NCBI RefSeq assembly: GCF_008065095.1
Contig: NZ_CP042911.1
Coordinates: 5,850,001 to 5,882,000, forward strand
DNA from: Gemmata obscuriglobus
Lineage (GTDB): Bacteria > Planctomycetota > Planctomycetia > Gemmatales > Gemmataceae
Reading direction: 5' to 3'
DNA length: 32,000 nucleotides
The notes beneath the pieces were generated by a model. That model had not been told where the DNA came from. It saw only the letters and a list, made by a program, of their open reading frames with translations, and did not search any database. A program made the translations under genes and the position numbers. Shown here piece after piece: positions 9,418-20,398 of this stretch (its first letter is position 1; the number at the start of each line of letters is the position of its first letter).

Positions 9418-10137
9418 GGCAGTGGACGCGCGCAGCCACCGGCGGGTACGAGAATCATAAAAGTTCAGGTGCCGACCGCACTTGCGGTTGGCTCGTGCGA
9501 GTGTTGTGCGGCGGCCAACTGGCCAAACGAACGGATGCGAGGGCGTTCCTACCGAGCGACTCGTTTTCGGCGCAGTGGCCGTTTGTGGTGGTCTGCGTGC
9601 CACGGCATGGTCCGGCTCGGTCTCCTCAACGAGAGCGGGCGGGCGAACGCACCGAACAGCTCCGAGTGGCGAGGATGCTGTGAATTTGTTCGAGGAGCCG
9701 TTCTTCACCTTCCGGTTCGCCGACGACCGGCGCATCCCACGCTTCCACCTGGAGGGCGTAGAGGTCGGCCGGCGGGTGTCGGTTTACCAGATTAACCCCG
9801 GCACCGGCGGGCCAGGACATCCCGGATGCGGGCGGCGAGGGGTTCATCAAACGCCATCGGCAGCCCTCTCGGTCGAGGTGCTTTTCTTCAGGAGGTACGC
9901 ACGTCGCTGGCCGGGCGTTCTCCGGCACACGTTTGCGGGGGGGCCGACACGACCGGCTCGCCCTTCGCCCCATTCTACCCTTACTCATCCGTTTCTCGGC
10001 GAGTGGGACGGACAAGTTAAAGGAAGGTACAATAACGGGGCCGTAGTCGTGCGGTGACTCCGACACCGGCTGTCACTTCGCTTGCGCCGGCTCGCACCCG
10101 ACTTGTCCGTTGCCCCTCTCGAAAGAGAAACATCACG

Positions 10138-10659
10138 GTGGACGGAATCCAACGGATTCAAGAGCGTATCCGGCCGCTCAAGGCGGCGCTCCTGAACCAT
10201 CCCGTTTACCGGGAAATCGACCGGCTGGACTCGCTGCGCCTGTTCATGGAGCACCACGCCTTCGGCGTGTGGGACTTCATGTCCTTGCTCAAGGCGCTCC
10301 AACGGCGGCTCTGCTGCACCGATGTGCCGTGGCTCCCCGCCGCCGACCCGCTCGGCTGTCGGCTCGTCAACGAGATCGTGCTGGCTGAGGAGAGCGACGA
10401 CGACGGGCGGGGCGGGTTCGTCAGCCACTTCGAGTTGTACCACCGGGCGATGACCCGCTGCCAAGCCCGCACCGCCCTGATCGACGGCTTCCTGGCCGAA
10501 CTGCGACGGGGCAAGTCCGTGTCCGCAGCCCTGGGATCGCCGAGCGTCCCCGAATGCGTCCGCCAGTTCGTCGGGCTGACGTTCCAGATCATTGATGACG
10601 GGGACATGTGCGCCATCGCCTCGGCGTTCACGTTCGGTCGGGAAGACCTGCTATCGTAG
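10138..10659 (+). CDS. DUF3050 family protein (heme-oxygenase-like fold), C-terminally truncated
   Basis: The protein reads [55 protein letters not shown]...[10 protein letters not shown]...[10 protein letters not shown]. The family normally continues for roughly 70-80 more residues after FGREDLIP. Here the frame stops, followed by a G9 run and unrelated sequence. The likely start is the in-frame GTG at 10138; the track start 10054 adds an Arg/Pro-rich extension. Confidence 0.75.
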   Translation: MDGIQRIQERIRPLKAALLNHPVYREIDRLDSLRLFMEHHAFGVWDFMSLLKALQRRLCCTDVPWLPAADPLGCRLVNEIVLAEESDDDGRGGFVSHFELYHRAMTRCQARTALIDGFLAELRRGKSVSAALGSPSVPECVRQFVGLTFQIIDDGDMCAIASAFTFGREDLLS

Positions 10660-10697
10660 CCACAGGGGGGGGGCAGGAAATCATCCCGCCAACTCAC

Positions 10698-10715
10698 GGG
10701 GCGCTAAACAAGTAC
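10698..10715 (+). repeat. Left copy of the 18-mer GGGGCGCTAAACAAGTAC that brackets the CRISPR-Cas module
   Basis: It is an exact match to the sequence reconstituted at 27272-27281 + 28598-28605 once the IS and one TAA target duplication are removed. Confidence 0.9.
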
Positions 10716-10786
10716 TTGCGCGTTGCGTTGATTTCTTCACGCATTGTGGTCTGCACAACGCGTGAAGAAATCAACGCAACGCGCAA
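10716..10786. repeat. 71-nt near-perfect palindrome at the array trailer; candidate terminator of the pre-crRNA transcript
   Basis: Arms 10716-10742 and 10760-10786 pair perfectly over 27 bp (checked base by base). An inner 5-bp stem (10744-10748 with 10754-10758) follows one mismatch, around a 5-nt loop. On the minus strand the hairpin is followed by GTACTTGTTTAG. Confidence 0.85.
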
Positions 10787-10790
10787 TAGG

Positions 10791-13700
10791 GTGCTCAACG
10801 CCTCACGGCGTCACTGAAGCCTGCACCGGGCTGAGACCGGCTCGGCGGGGCCGTCGCGGTCAGTGCTCAACGCCTCACGGCGTCACTGAAGTCTGCACCG
10901 TGCCCGTCGGACTGCATCAGCCCTTCGAATAGCCGTGCTCAACGCCTCACGGCGTCACTGAAGTCTGCACCGTCACGCCCGCGCCCTCCGTTGACCCACC
11001 GCCGCGTGCTCAACGCCTCACGGCGTCACTGAAGTCTGCACATGATCGAAGGTGCCGTTTCCAGCCACGGGCAGGAGTGCTCAACGCCTCACGGCGTCAC
11101 TGAAGTCTGCACAAGGATGTGGAGAGGAAACACCCGGCACGAGACGAGTGCTCAACGCCTCACGGCGTCACTGAAGTCTGCACAACGGCGGGGGCGATCA
11201 GACTCCGGCACAGGGTTCGGTGCTCAACGCCTCACGGCGTCACTGAAGTCTGCACACCGGAGTTGGTGTGGGACCACCCGCACCTCAAGTTGTGCTCAAC
11301 GCCTCACGGCGTCACTGAAGTCTGCACGACCCGCCGCAGCTCGTCTCGCTCGGCGCCGCGGGGTGCTCAACGCCTCACGGCGTCACTGAAGTCTGCACAG
11401 CACCGACTCCGGACCGACCGCCGGGTCCGCCTCGGGTGCTCAACGCCTCACGGCGTCACTGAAGTCTGCACATCGGGGTTTGTGTGCCCGCTATGATTCG
11501 CTGCTTGTGCTCAACGCCTCACGGCGTCACTGAAGTCTGCACCTTTGTGGTCAACTCGTCCAGAATGGCCGCCTGCATGTGCTCAACGCCTCACGGCGTC
11601 ACTGAAGTCTGCACAGGGCGTCAGCACCGCCGTGCTGAAGGCCAAGTCGCACTACGACGCCATGTGCTCAACGCCTCACGGCGTCACTGAAGTCTGCACG
11701 GCGTGCGGCGGGTCGTTGCGGTCGAACTCGGAATGTGCTCAACGCCTCACGGCGTCACTGAAGTCTGCACACCTCAATTCGCACTTCCCATTTCACGTCT
11801 GATCTAGTGCTCAACGCCTCACGGCGTCACTGAAGTCTGCACCCCCTCGGCCCGCGCCTGCCGGGCCTTCGCCACCAGTGCTCAACGCCTCACGGCGTCA
11901 CTGAAGTCTGCACAACGTCAGCCGGACGGCAGTTATCGTCAAGTGGAAGGTGCTCAACGCCTCACGGCGTCACTGAAGTCTGCACGACGAGGAGGAAGAG
12001 CCGCGAGAGCCCGAAGAAGACGAGTGCTCAACGCCTCACGGCGTCACTGAAGTCTGCACCGGATCGGCTGCTGTCGATGGGGTCCGGTGTGCCGTGCTCA
12101 ACGCCTCACGGCGTCACTGAAGTCTGCACTCCAGGGCCGCGCGTACGCGGGCCGCTTCGGCTGTGTGCTCAACGCCTCACGGCGTCACTGAAGTCTGCAC
12201 CCGCTCGCCCCGGGTGAGCGATTCGCGGTCGCGGGCGTGCTCAACGCCTCACGGCGTCACTGAAGTCTGCACGTCGGGCTTCACCTCGCAGTGCCCCACC
12301 TGCCAGTCGTGCTCAACGCCTCACGGCGTCACTGAAGTCTGCACACGAACATGCCGTAGTACTCGTTCACCACCCGCTGGTGCTCAACGCCTCACGGCGT
12401 CACTGAAGTCTGCACACGGCGCCAGCGCGCGGATCTGCTTCGCCGAGCGAAGGTGCTCAACGCCTCACGGCGTCACTGAAGTCTGCACAGGGGCAGGGCG
12501 ATGACCGGGTGGTAGCCCGCGTCGTGCTCAACGCCTCACGGCGTCACTGAAGTCTGCACGGCGATGAGCGGGGCCACGATGCGGGCGATCATGCCGTGCT
12601 CAACGCCTCACGGCGTCACTGAAGTCTGCACGCGACCGACCCGTACCAGGGCACCTACGACCTCCAGTTGTGCTCAACGCCTCACGGCGTCACTGAAGTC
12701 TGCACCCCGTACAACGACCCGCTCGACCGCGACATGACGCGTGCTCAACGCCTCACGGCGTCACTGAAGTCTGCACACTTCGTACCGGGCTCCATCGGGA
12801 ACATGGCCCGGTGCTCAACGCCTCACGGCGTCACTGAAGTCTGCACGTGCCGACCCGGAACCCGTCGACCCACAGCACCGTGTGCTCAACGCCTCACGGC
12901 GTCACTGAAGTCTGCACCACAGGTGCCCCCGGATACCCGGCCGGGGGGACGGAGTGCTCAACGCCTCACGGCGTCACTGAAGTCTGCACACTCGTCGTCG
13001 CGCGAGTACAAACCGGCCCCCGCGTGCTCAACGCCTCACGGCGTCACTGAAGTCTGCACGCAGTGGTACTTTCGCTCGTCCTTGAATACGAAGGTGCTCA
13101 ACGCCTCACGGCGTCACTGAAGTCTGCACATCGGGGCATGCCTCCCGCAACGTCCGCAACGTGGCAGTGCTCAACGCCTCACGGCGTCACTGAAGTCTGC
13201 ACACCACCGCGGCGAAGTCGAGTTTCGCGAGCCGCTCGTGCTCAACGCCTCACGGCGTCACTGAAGTCTGCACAGGACTGCCGCGGTGGTGTGAGGTTTG
13301 GCCGGGCGAGCGTGCTCAACGCCTCACGGCGTCACTGAAGTCTGCACCCTGCCCCCGCTCGTACCGGTCCGCCATCACTGCGTGCTCAACGCCTCACGGC
13401 GTCACTGAAGTCTGCACGCCGCGGGCTTGCCCTCGCGGTCTGATATTACGGTGTGCTCAACGCCTCACGGCGTCACTGAAGTCTGCACTGCCCCAGCGGA
13501 ACACGTACCACTGCGGTGCGCTGTGCTCAACGCCTCACGGCGTCACTGAAGTCTGCACGTCTCCGCGCTCGCCCTGGCGATGCGGCATTTGGGGTGCTCA
13601 ACGCCTCACGGCGTCACTGAAGTCTGCACTCCGGACGGTATGCCGTTGTTGCCGTTCAGGCACAGGTGCTCAACGCCTCACGGCGTCACTGAAGTCTGCA

Positions 13701-16700
13701 CATCAGGTCGAGGTTAGTGTGAAATCGAACGGGTATGTGCTCAACGCCTCACGGCGTCACTGAAGTCTGCACAGGGGAGCCCTCTTATCCTCGGTCCACT
13801 TGGCTATGTGCTCAACGCCTCACGGCGTCACTGAAGTCTGCACACCAACCGCCACCCAAGCCCACCGATTGTAGTCCCGGTGCTCAACGCCTCACGGCGT
13901 CACTGAAGTCTGCACACCAGAGAGCCTCGTTGTCAGGTGGATCGGGAGCAGTGCTCAACGCCTCACGGCGTCACTGAAGTCTGCACACATCAACAATCTA
14001 CCTAAGTGGGCTCAGGCTATGTGCTCAACGCCTCACGGCGTCACTGAAGTCTGCACACGGTGCCAACGGTTCCGCCGCCCTCCGCTCTCGCGTGCTCAAC
14101 GCCTCACGGCGTCACTGAAGTCTGCACGCGCGCAGTCGCCCCCGGACCCGTTTGCGCGGGCCACGTGCTCAACGCCTCACGGCGTCACTGAAGTCTGCAC
14201 CACCGCGGCCAGGATCGATTCCAGCTCGGCGACACGTGCTCAACGCCTCACGGCGTCACTGAAGTCTGCACACCAGGGTAGCGGCGTTGCGTCCGCGTCT
14301 CGTGGGTGTGCTCAACGCCTCACGGCGTCACTGAAGTCTGCACATTCGCGTCCGACCGCCGCTCGACCCGTCAGGCGTGCTCAACGCCTCACGGCGTCAC
14401 TGAAGTCTGCACCCGCGCCCGCGCCCGCGTCAGTCTCGCGCCCGCTTGGTGCTCAACGCCTCACGGCGTCACTGAAGTCTGCACGTTGCGTTCCCGATAG
14501 TACCGAGCCACGGCCTCGTCGTGCTCAACGCCTCACGGCGTCACTGAAGTCTGCACCCGACATATTCGGCGTAGCAAGGAAAGCATTTTGTGCTCAACGC
14601 CTCACGGCGTCACTGAAGTCTGCACGTCCACCACTCCCACACGTTCTCCCGCTCGGTGGCGCTGTGCTCAACGCCTCACGGCGTCACTGAAGTCTGCACC
14701 GGGGCACACTGGCGGACGAGCAGCCGGCCTACCGGTGCTCAACGCCTCACGGCGTCACTGAAGTCTGCACTGCGGTGCCGCGCGATCTTCTCCGCGAAGA
14801 ACCCCGGGTGCTCAACGCCTCACGGCGTCACTGAAGTCTGCACGGCCTCGCCCAGAGCGGGGTGACGCTGGCGGCGCTGTAGTGCTCAACGCCTCACGGC
14901 GTCACTGAAGTCTGCACTGCACCGGCTCACGCACCGTCCGTTGGCGCTGGTGTGCTCAACGCCTCACGGCGTCACTGAAGTCTGCACGTCGTGTTTGGGC
15001 CGCAGCGTGCTCCAGAACGGGTGTGCTCAACGCCTCACGGCGTCACTGAAGTCTGCACCTGGTTTCGCCCGGGCCGGGCTGTGACGTGCTTCTAGTCTTT
15101 GGGCCGTGCTCAACGCCTCACGGCGTCACTGAAGTCTGCACTGGGCGACCGGCCGCGTTCCCCGGGCGGGGCAGAGGTGCTCAACGCCTCACGGCGTCAC
15201 TGAAGTCTGCACACCTGCGGACGCCACGCTGCTCAGGTCCACAATCAGTGCTCAACGCCTCACGGCGTCACTGAAGTCTGCACCCGCACCCGCTTCAGGG
15301 TTAGACTGGAGTACCGCGCGTGCTCAACGCCTCACGGCGTCACTGAAGTCTGCACGAGCACACAATTTGTACGCGCTTCCGCCGCGCACAGTGCTCAACG
15401 CCTCACGGCGTCACTGAAGTCTGCACCGCCGCGGTGCGAGAGCCACAACAGCAGGCCCCAGTGCTCAACGCCTCACGGCGTCACTGAAGTCTGCACCGAC
15501 GAGGGCGTGCCCCGCATCCTGTTCCGGGACGGGTGCTCAACGCCTCACGGCGTCACTGAAGTCTGCACACCCCACGCCCCACTCCACCGTTTAGCCAACT
15601 CAGGCCGTGCTCAACGCCTCACGGCGTCACTGAAGTCTGCACGCGCGTTCGCGGTGCCGGCGCCGCTCGACCAGTTGTGCTCAACGCCTCACGGCGTCAC
15701 TGAAGTCTGCACGATCTCGACCGTGTTCCAGACCCGGATGTTCGACGCGTGCTCAACGCCTCACGGCGTCACTGAAGTCTGCACGGTCCACAGCACCCAA
15801 GATTCCACCTACGGGGTCACGTGCTCAACGCCTCACGGCGTCACTGAAGTCTGCACATCAAATCTTCGAAGTTGCAACCAAGAACAAGTGGAGTGCTCAA
15901 CGCCTCACGGCGTCACTGAAGTCTGCACACCCTAATCTTCATTTTCGGCAACCAGTCAGATATGTGCTCAACGCCTCACGGCGTCACTGAAGTCTGCACG
16001 GCAAGGACACGACCCAGTTCCAGGCGTGGATAAGTGCTCAACGCCTCACGGCGTCACTGAAGTCTGCACGATCGTTCAGGGTGATGGGTCGTCCGAGCCG
16101 GGCTTGGTGCTCAACGCCTCACGGCGTCACTGAAGTCTGCACACGACCGGGATGGGCAGGGGCTTGCGGATGTTGTTGTGCTCAACGCCTCACGGCGTCA
16201 CTGAAGTCTGCACAATATCTTGGCTGCTCGGAGTGCTGGGACTATTACGTGCTCAACGCCTCACGGCGTCACTGAAGTCTGCACCGGCCGACCGCGTGGG
16301 CGCTGGCCGTGGCGAAGTGGGTGCTCAACGCCTCACGGCGTCACTGAAGTCTGCACCCGGATAGCGGTCGGGCCAAAGCGATTTGGTGCATGTGCTCAAC
16401 GCCTCACGGCGTCACTGAAGTCTGCACAGCGCGACTTCGCCAAGTACGAGAGCCGGCCCGTGTGCTCAACGCCTCACGGCGTCACTGAAGTCTGCACCGC
16501 GGAGCCCCTGCGCGCGGTTCCGGTCGGTGCCGAGTGCTCAACGCCTCACGGCGTCACTGAAGTCTGCACACCGTCGAGGACGAGGACGGGGCGCCGTCCT
16601 ACCCGAAGTGCTCAACGCCTCACGGCGTCACTGAAGTCTGCACCGGTACGACATCCCCTGTTCTGCGCGGCCATACAAGTGCTCAACGCCTCACGGCGTC

Positions 16701-18150
16701 ACTGAAGTCTGCACCGCGCCGTCCGCCCAGATGTCTTGCGTGGTCGTGGTGTGCTCAACGCCTCACGGCGTCACTGAAGTCTGCACAGGCACACGCGATG
16801 CACGAGGACACCGCAGAGGAGGTGCTCAACGCCTCACGGCGTCACTGAAGTCTGCACGCGCCCATCACACGGGTAATGTGCTGCTTGAACGCAGGTGCTC
16901 AACGCCTCACGGCGTCACTGAAGTCTGCACACCTTCGACTTTGAGCCCCGTGCCCGCAAGCCCCGGAAGTGCTCAACGCCTCACGGCGTCACTGAAGTCT
17001 GCACGCGGGGCCTTCGGTGGTGACGATTGATACCCAGTTACTGTGCTCAACGCCTCACGGCGTCACTGAAGTCTGCACAACCGGGTGGCGAGCTTGGCGG
17101 ACGTGATCGGGAAGTGCTCAACGCCTCACGGCGTCACTGAAGTCTGCACGTGCGTCACTGGGCGACGTGGCGCCGGTCGCGGCCGTGCTCAACGCCTCAC
17201 GGCGTCACTGAAGTCTGCACGGGTCCGACAGCGGGTCCGGGTACAAGGGCCGGCTGTGCTCAACGCCTCACGGCGTCACTGAAGTCTGCACACGTTACGC
17301 ACGTGAGTAGCTTGCCCTTCACGTTGTGCTCAACGCCTCACGGCGTCACTGAAGTCTGCACACGGCTCTGCGGGGCCGATGCCGCACGCTGTACAGGTGT
17401 GCTCAACGCCTCACGGCGTCACTGAAGTCTGCACGTATGCGAGTTGGGCGTTCCGGGCACGGACCCGGAGTGCTCAACGCCTCACGGCGTCACTGAAGTC
17501 TGCACCTTGTGTTCTGGGCGCACACAGCGTCGGCGCGCCGCAGTGCTCAACGCCTCACGGCGTCACTGAAGTCTGCACGTTCTGATCGGCGGCGCACTTC
17601 CGACCCCGCTCGAGTGCTCAACGCCTCACGGCGTCACTGAAGTCTGCACACACGACCAGCGGGGCTGACGCCACCGCCGTGGAGGGGTGCTCAACGCCTC
17701 ACGGCGTCACTGAAGTCTGCACAGGTCAGCCAAGTCGAAGCGGCCGAACAACTCGGCGTGCTCAACGCCTCACGGCGTCACTGAAGTCTGCACGCTCGGG
17801 TTCGTGACGCAGTTCGAGGCCGGCACCAAGTGCTCAACGCCTCACGGCGTCACTGAAGTCTGCACATCCCCGGCACGGTGAGTGTGGTCGCGGCGGTGTG
17901 GTGCTCAACGCCTCACGGCGTCACTGAAGTCTGCACACCACGGCCGACGTGCCCGCGATCGTGAAGACGGCGTGCTCAACGCCTCACGGCGTCACTGAAG
18001 TCTGCACGCGCAGGTCGATGACGACCTGCGCTGTTTCCAAGTGTGCTCAACGCCTCACGGCGTCACTGAAGTCTGCACGGGGTGAAGCGACAGGGCCGCA
18101 GTCGGGAGCGTCTTGTGCTCAACGCCTCACGGCGTCACTGAAGTCTGCAC
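10791..18150 (-). CRISPR. CRISPR array: 103 copies of a 36-bp repeat and 102 spacers
   Basis: The plus-strand repeat is GTGCTCAACGCCTCACGGCGTCACTGAAGTCTGCAC; in crRNA sense on the minus strand it is GTGCAGACTTCAGTGACGCCGTGAGGCGTTGAGCAC. It contains an ACGCC-GTGA-GGCGT stem-loop. I located every repeat start by hand, from 10791 to 18115. Spacers are 33-38 nt, except a 49-nt one (11615-11663) and a 47-nt one (15059-15105). Only the repeat at 10791 deviates (T to C at position 30), which marks the trailer end. The leader and the cas operon lie at the 18.1-kb end, hence the minus-strand orientation. Confidence 0.98.
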
Positions 18151-18412
18151 CGCTCACTTACCGAAATGCTCAAAATCGGCCGCGCCGGGCAACCGTTTTC
18201 ACGCACCACACCGCTCCGATCGTGACCGCACGACCGACACCAACCACGCGCGGCACGCTTCACACGGATTTTAAGGCCCAGACGGCCGTCAAGCACCCCG
18301 GCGAGTTGTCAAAGAGCGTTAAACCCAGACCGCAACTCAGGTTTGGATCGGTCCCATGATGGAACCCGGCACACACACGCGGGTGCGTGATTCGGTTCTA
18401 TTGGCCTCGCGC
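18151..18412 (-). promoter_or_regulatory. CRISPR leader between cas2 and the first (newest) repeat
   Basis: This is a 262-bp non-coding, lower-GC stretch between the cas2 stop (18413) and the repeat at 18115-18150. The array-internal degeneracy lies at the opposite end. Confidence 0.7.
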
Positions 18413-18712
18413 TCACACGATCCGGTGCCGCGGCGGCTCCGCGGTCCACTCCGGCGGGCGGTCCGACCCGTGGATGCCCACGATCCCGTCCACGCTGGCC
18501 TGCGGCAGCGGGATCAGCATCACCTCGTCCTCGGACGCGAGCAACTGCGTCAGCTCCCAGCGGAGCCGCTCCACCTGCGTCTGGCTCATCCAGCAGCGGA
18601 ACACCGAGTACTGGACCCGCTCCCCGTACCCCTCCATGTGCCGGGCGCACTTCCGCAGCCGCTTCGGGTCGCGCACATCGTAACACACCAGCCACCATTT
18701 AGTATCGGCCAT
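18413..18712 (-). CDS. cas2: CRISPR-associated endoribonuclease Cas2
   Basis: MADTKWWLVCYDVRDPKRLRKCARHMEGYGERVQYSVFRCWMSQTQVERLRWEL..., 99 aa, a classic Cas2 N-terminus. It sits directly downstream of cas1. Confidence 0.95.
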   Translation of the reverse strand: MADTKWWLVCYDVRDPKRLRKCARHMEGYGERVQYSVFRCWMSQTQVERLRWELTQLLASEDEVMLIPLPQASVDGIVGIHGSDRPPEWTAEPPRHRIV

Positions 18713-18721
18713 CGGCGCGCC

Positions 18722-20392
18722 TCAGCGGAGCCGGGAGCGGGCGAACAGCCCCGGCTCGCCGGTCCACTCCTTCTCCAGCAGCCGGGCCTCCAGCTCGATC
18801 GTCCGCGCGTAGCTCAGCGAGTAGTTCAGCACCGGGTGCTTCCACGTCTCTTGCATCCGGTCCTCGAACAGCCCGATCGCCTTCTTGCGCCCCGGCTCCG
18901 ACAGCCACACCTTGGCCCGCGTCACCTCGAAGTCCGCCGCCGCGTCCCACTGACCGCGGTTGAGCGACCCCACCAGCGGCATGTCCCACACCGTGACCCG
19001 GAACAAATCCAACAGGTCCAGCACCAGCGGGTAGGCCGCGCTCCGCGGGGTGTGGAAGAAGCCGAGCGCCGGCTCCAGCCCGCTCGCCAGGACCGCGCGC
19101 ATGACCGCCGTGTGGAGCAGCCCGTACCCGTAGCTCAGTAGCGCGTTGAACCGGTCCACCGGCGGCCGACGGGAGCGCGACGCCGCCCGCAGCTCCTCCG
19201 GCACCTGCGGCCCCAGCACCGACCGCAGCGCCGCGAAGTACTCCACCGCCGCCGCGCCCTCCAGACCGCGGACCGTCTCCGCCTCGGCGGCCCCCGGGAT
19301 CCGGCCCAGCAGCGGCTGGATGGCGTTCAGGTGCGGTTGCGCCTGCTCCCGCAGCGCCGGGTCGCCGCGCGTGGCGCGGAGCAAGTACCGGTACTGCCCT
19401 TCGACCTTGGCCGACGCGAGGTGCTTGATGAGCCGCAAGCACGTCGCCGGGTCGGTCAGCGCCTTGTACTGGCGCACCCGCCGCTGCACCTGACCGGCGG
19501 TCGGCACCGTGCTGGCCGTGTGGTGCCCGGAGACCGACAGCCAGTGGACCCCGACCCCGTGTTCGACGCACTTGCGGATCGCCTGCGTGGAGATCTGCGT
19601 GAACCCGTGGAGCAGCACCGTCTCGACGCCGCGGATCGCGTGCTTGGCCTCCGGCCCCTCGCGCGGCTTGACGACGATCGAGTCGCCGCTCACCCCCACC
19701 GCCGTCCCCTGGCTCACGACGTGCAGCGTGGCGCCGTCCCGGTCCTGCGGGAACAGCCGCCGCGGCTCGCGCTCGGGCTCGCGGTCCTGGCGCACCTCCT
19801 CGGGTAGGCAGACCGGCGCTAGCGAGCACTTCTCGCACAGACGCGCGTTCTCGGTGATCGCCGGGCGCTCCACCGACTCGCGCAGCGCCCGGGCGTCGGC
19901 CAGCGCGGCGGACAGGTCGGCCCGCGCCCGGTCGTCAACGGGCACCCGCACGGTCACGTTGGCCGCGTGGTAGCGGATGCGGCCCTCGGGCACGGGCTGG
20001 CCGAAGGCGTCCTCGATCAGCGCCGCGTAGGCGACGACCTGGAGCCGGTCCGACGGCCACGCCTCGGCCGCGCCGTCGGCGCCGCGGGCGGGCCGGCCGC
20101 GCTTGTGCTCGTAGGGCAGGTGCGACCCGTCGCGCCGGCGCAGGCAGTCGACCTTGCCGAACAGCCCGAGCCGCTCGCTGGCCAGCTCGACCGACACCGC
20201 CGCGCCGTCCTCGTCGGCCTCCAGGGCGGCGTGCAGGTGCCGCCCGGCGAACACGCGGTGGTCGGCAACGCGGATCTCCTCGACCTCTTCGAGGTAGAAC
20301 AGCCGGCGGCAGTACGCCAGCGCGTGCAGGGCCATGACCCGCACCGGCGGCGCGTGCGAGTCCAGAACGGGCAGCGGAATCATGGGCGTCAC
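18722..20392 (-). CDS. cas1: Cas4-Cas1 fusion protein (adaptation module)
   Basis: The N-terminal 200 aa are a Cas4/RecB-type nuclease with four Cys (YCRRLFY...CEKCSLAPVC) and GKVDCL...YEHKRG. The rest is Cas1 (LLHGFTQISTQAIRKCVEHGVGVHWLS...FNALLSYGYGLLH...GFFHTPR). The track start is a GTG at 20392. The ATG at 20383 has a GGAG 8 nt upstream and may be the real start. Confidence 0.95.
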   Translation of the reverse strand: MTPMIPLPVLDSHAPPVRVMALHALAYCRRLFYLEEVEEIRVADHRVFAGRHLHAALEADEDGAAVSVELASERLGLFGKVDCLRRRDGSHLPYEHKRGRPARGADGAAEAWPSDRLQVVAYAALIEDAFGQPVPEGRIRYHAANVTVRVPVDDRARADLSAALADARALRESVERPAITENARLCEKCSLAPVCLPEEVRQDREPEREPRRLFPQDRDGATLHVVSQGTAVGVSGDSIVVKPREGPEAKHAIRGVETVLLHGFTQISTQAIRKCVEHGVGVHWLSVSGHHTASTVPTAGQVQRRVRQYKALTDPATCLRLIKHLASAKVEGQYRYLLRATRGDPALREQAQPHLNAIQPLLGRIPGAAEAETVRGLEGAAAVEYFAALRSVLGPQVPEELRAASRSRRPPVDRFNALLSYGYGLLHTAVMRAVLASGLEPALGFFHTPRSAAYPLVLDLLDLFRVTVWDMPLVGSLNRGQWDAAADFEVTRAKVWLSEPGRKKAIGLFEDRMQETWKHPVLNYSLSYARTIELEARLLEKEWTGEPGLFARSRLR

Positions 20393-20398
20393 TCCGGA

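Noticed and set aside
10744-18359. Dozens of ORFs translating as ...CSTPHGVTEVCT..., ...AQRLTASLKSA... or ...VLNASRRH
   Set aside because: These peptides are the three-frame translations of the 36-bp CRISPR repeat, joined by random spacer translations. They are not genes.
18356-19838. ORFs 18356..19141 (+), 18699..19838 (-) and others overlapping cas2 and cas4/1
   Set aside because: These are shadow ORFs in a roughly 75% GC region. Cas2 and the Cas4-Cas1 fusion are unambiguous in their own frames.
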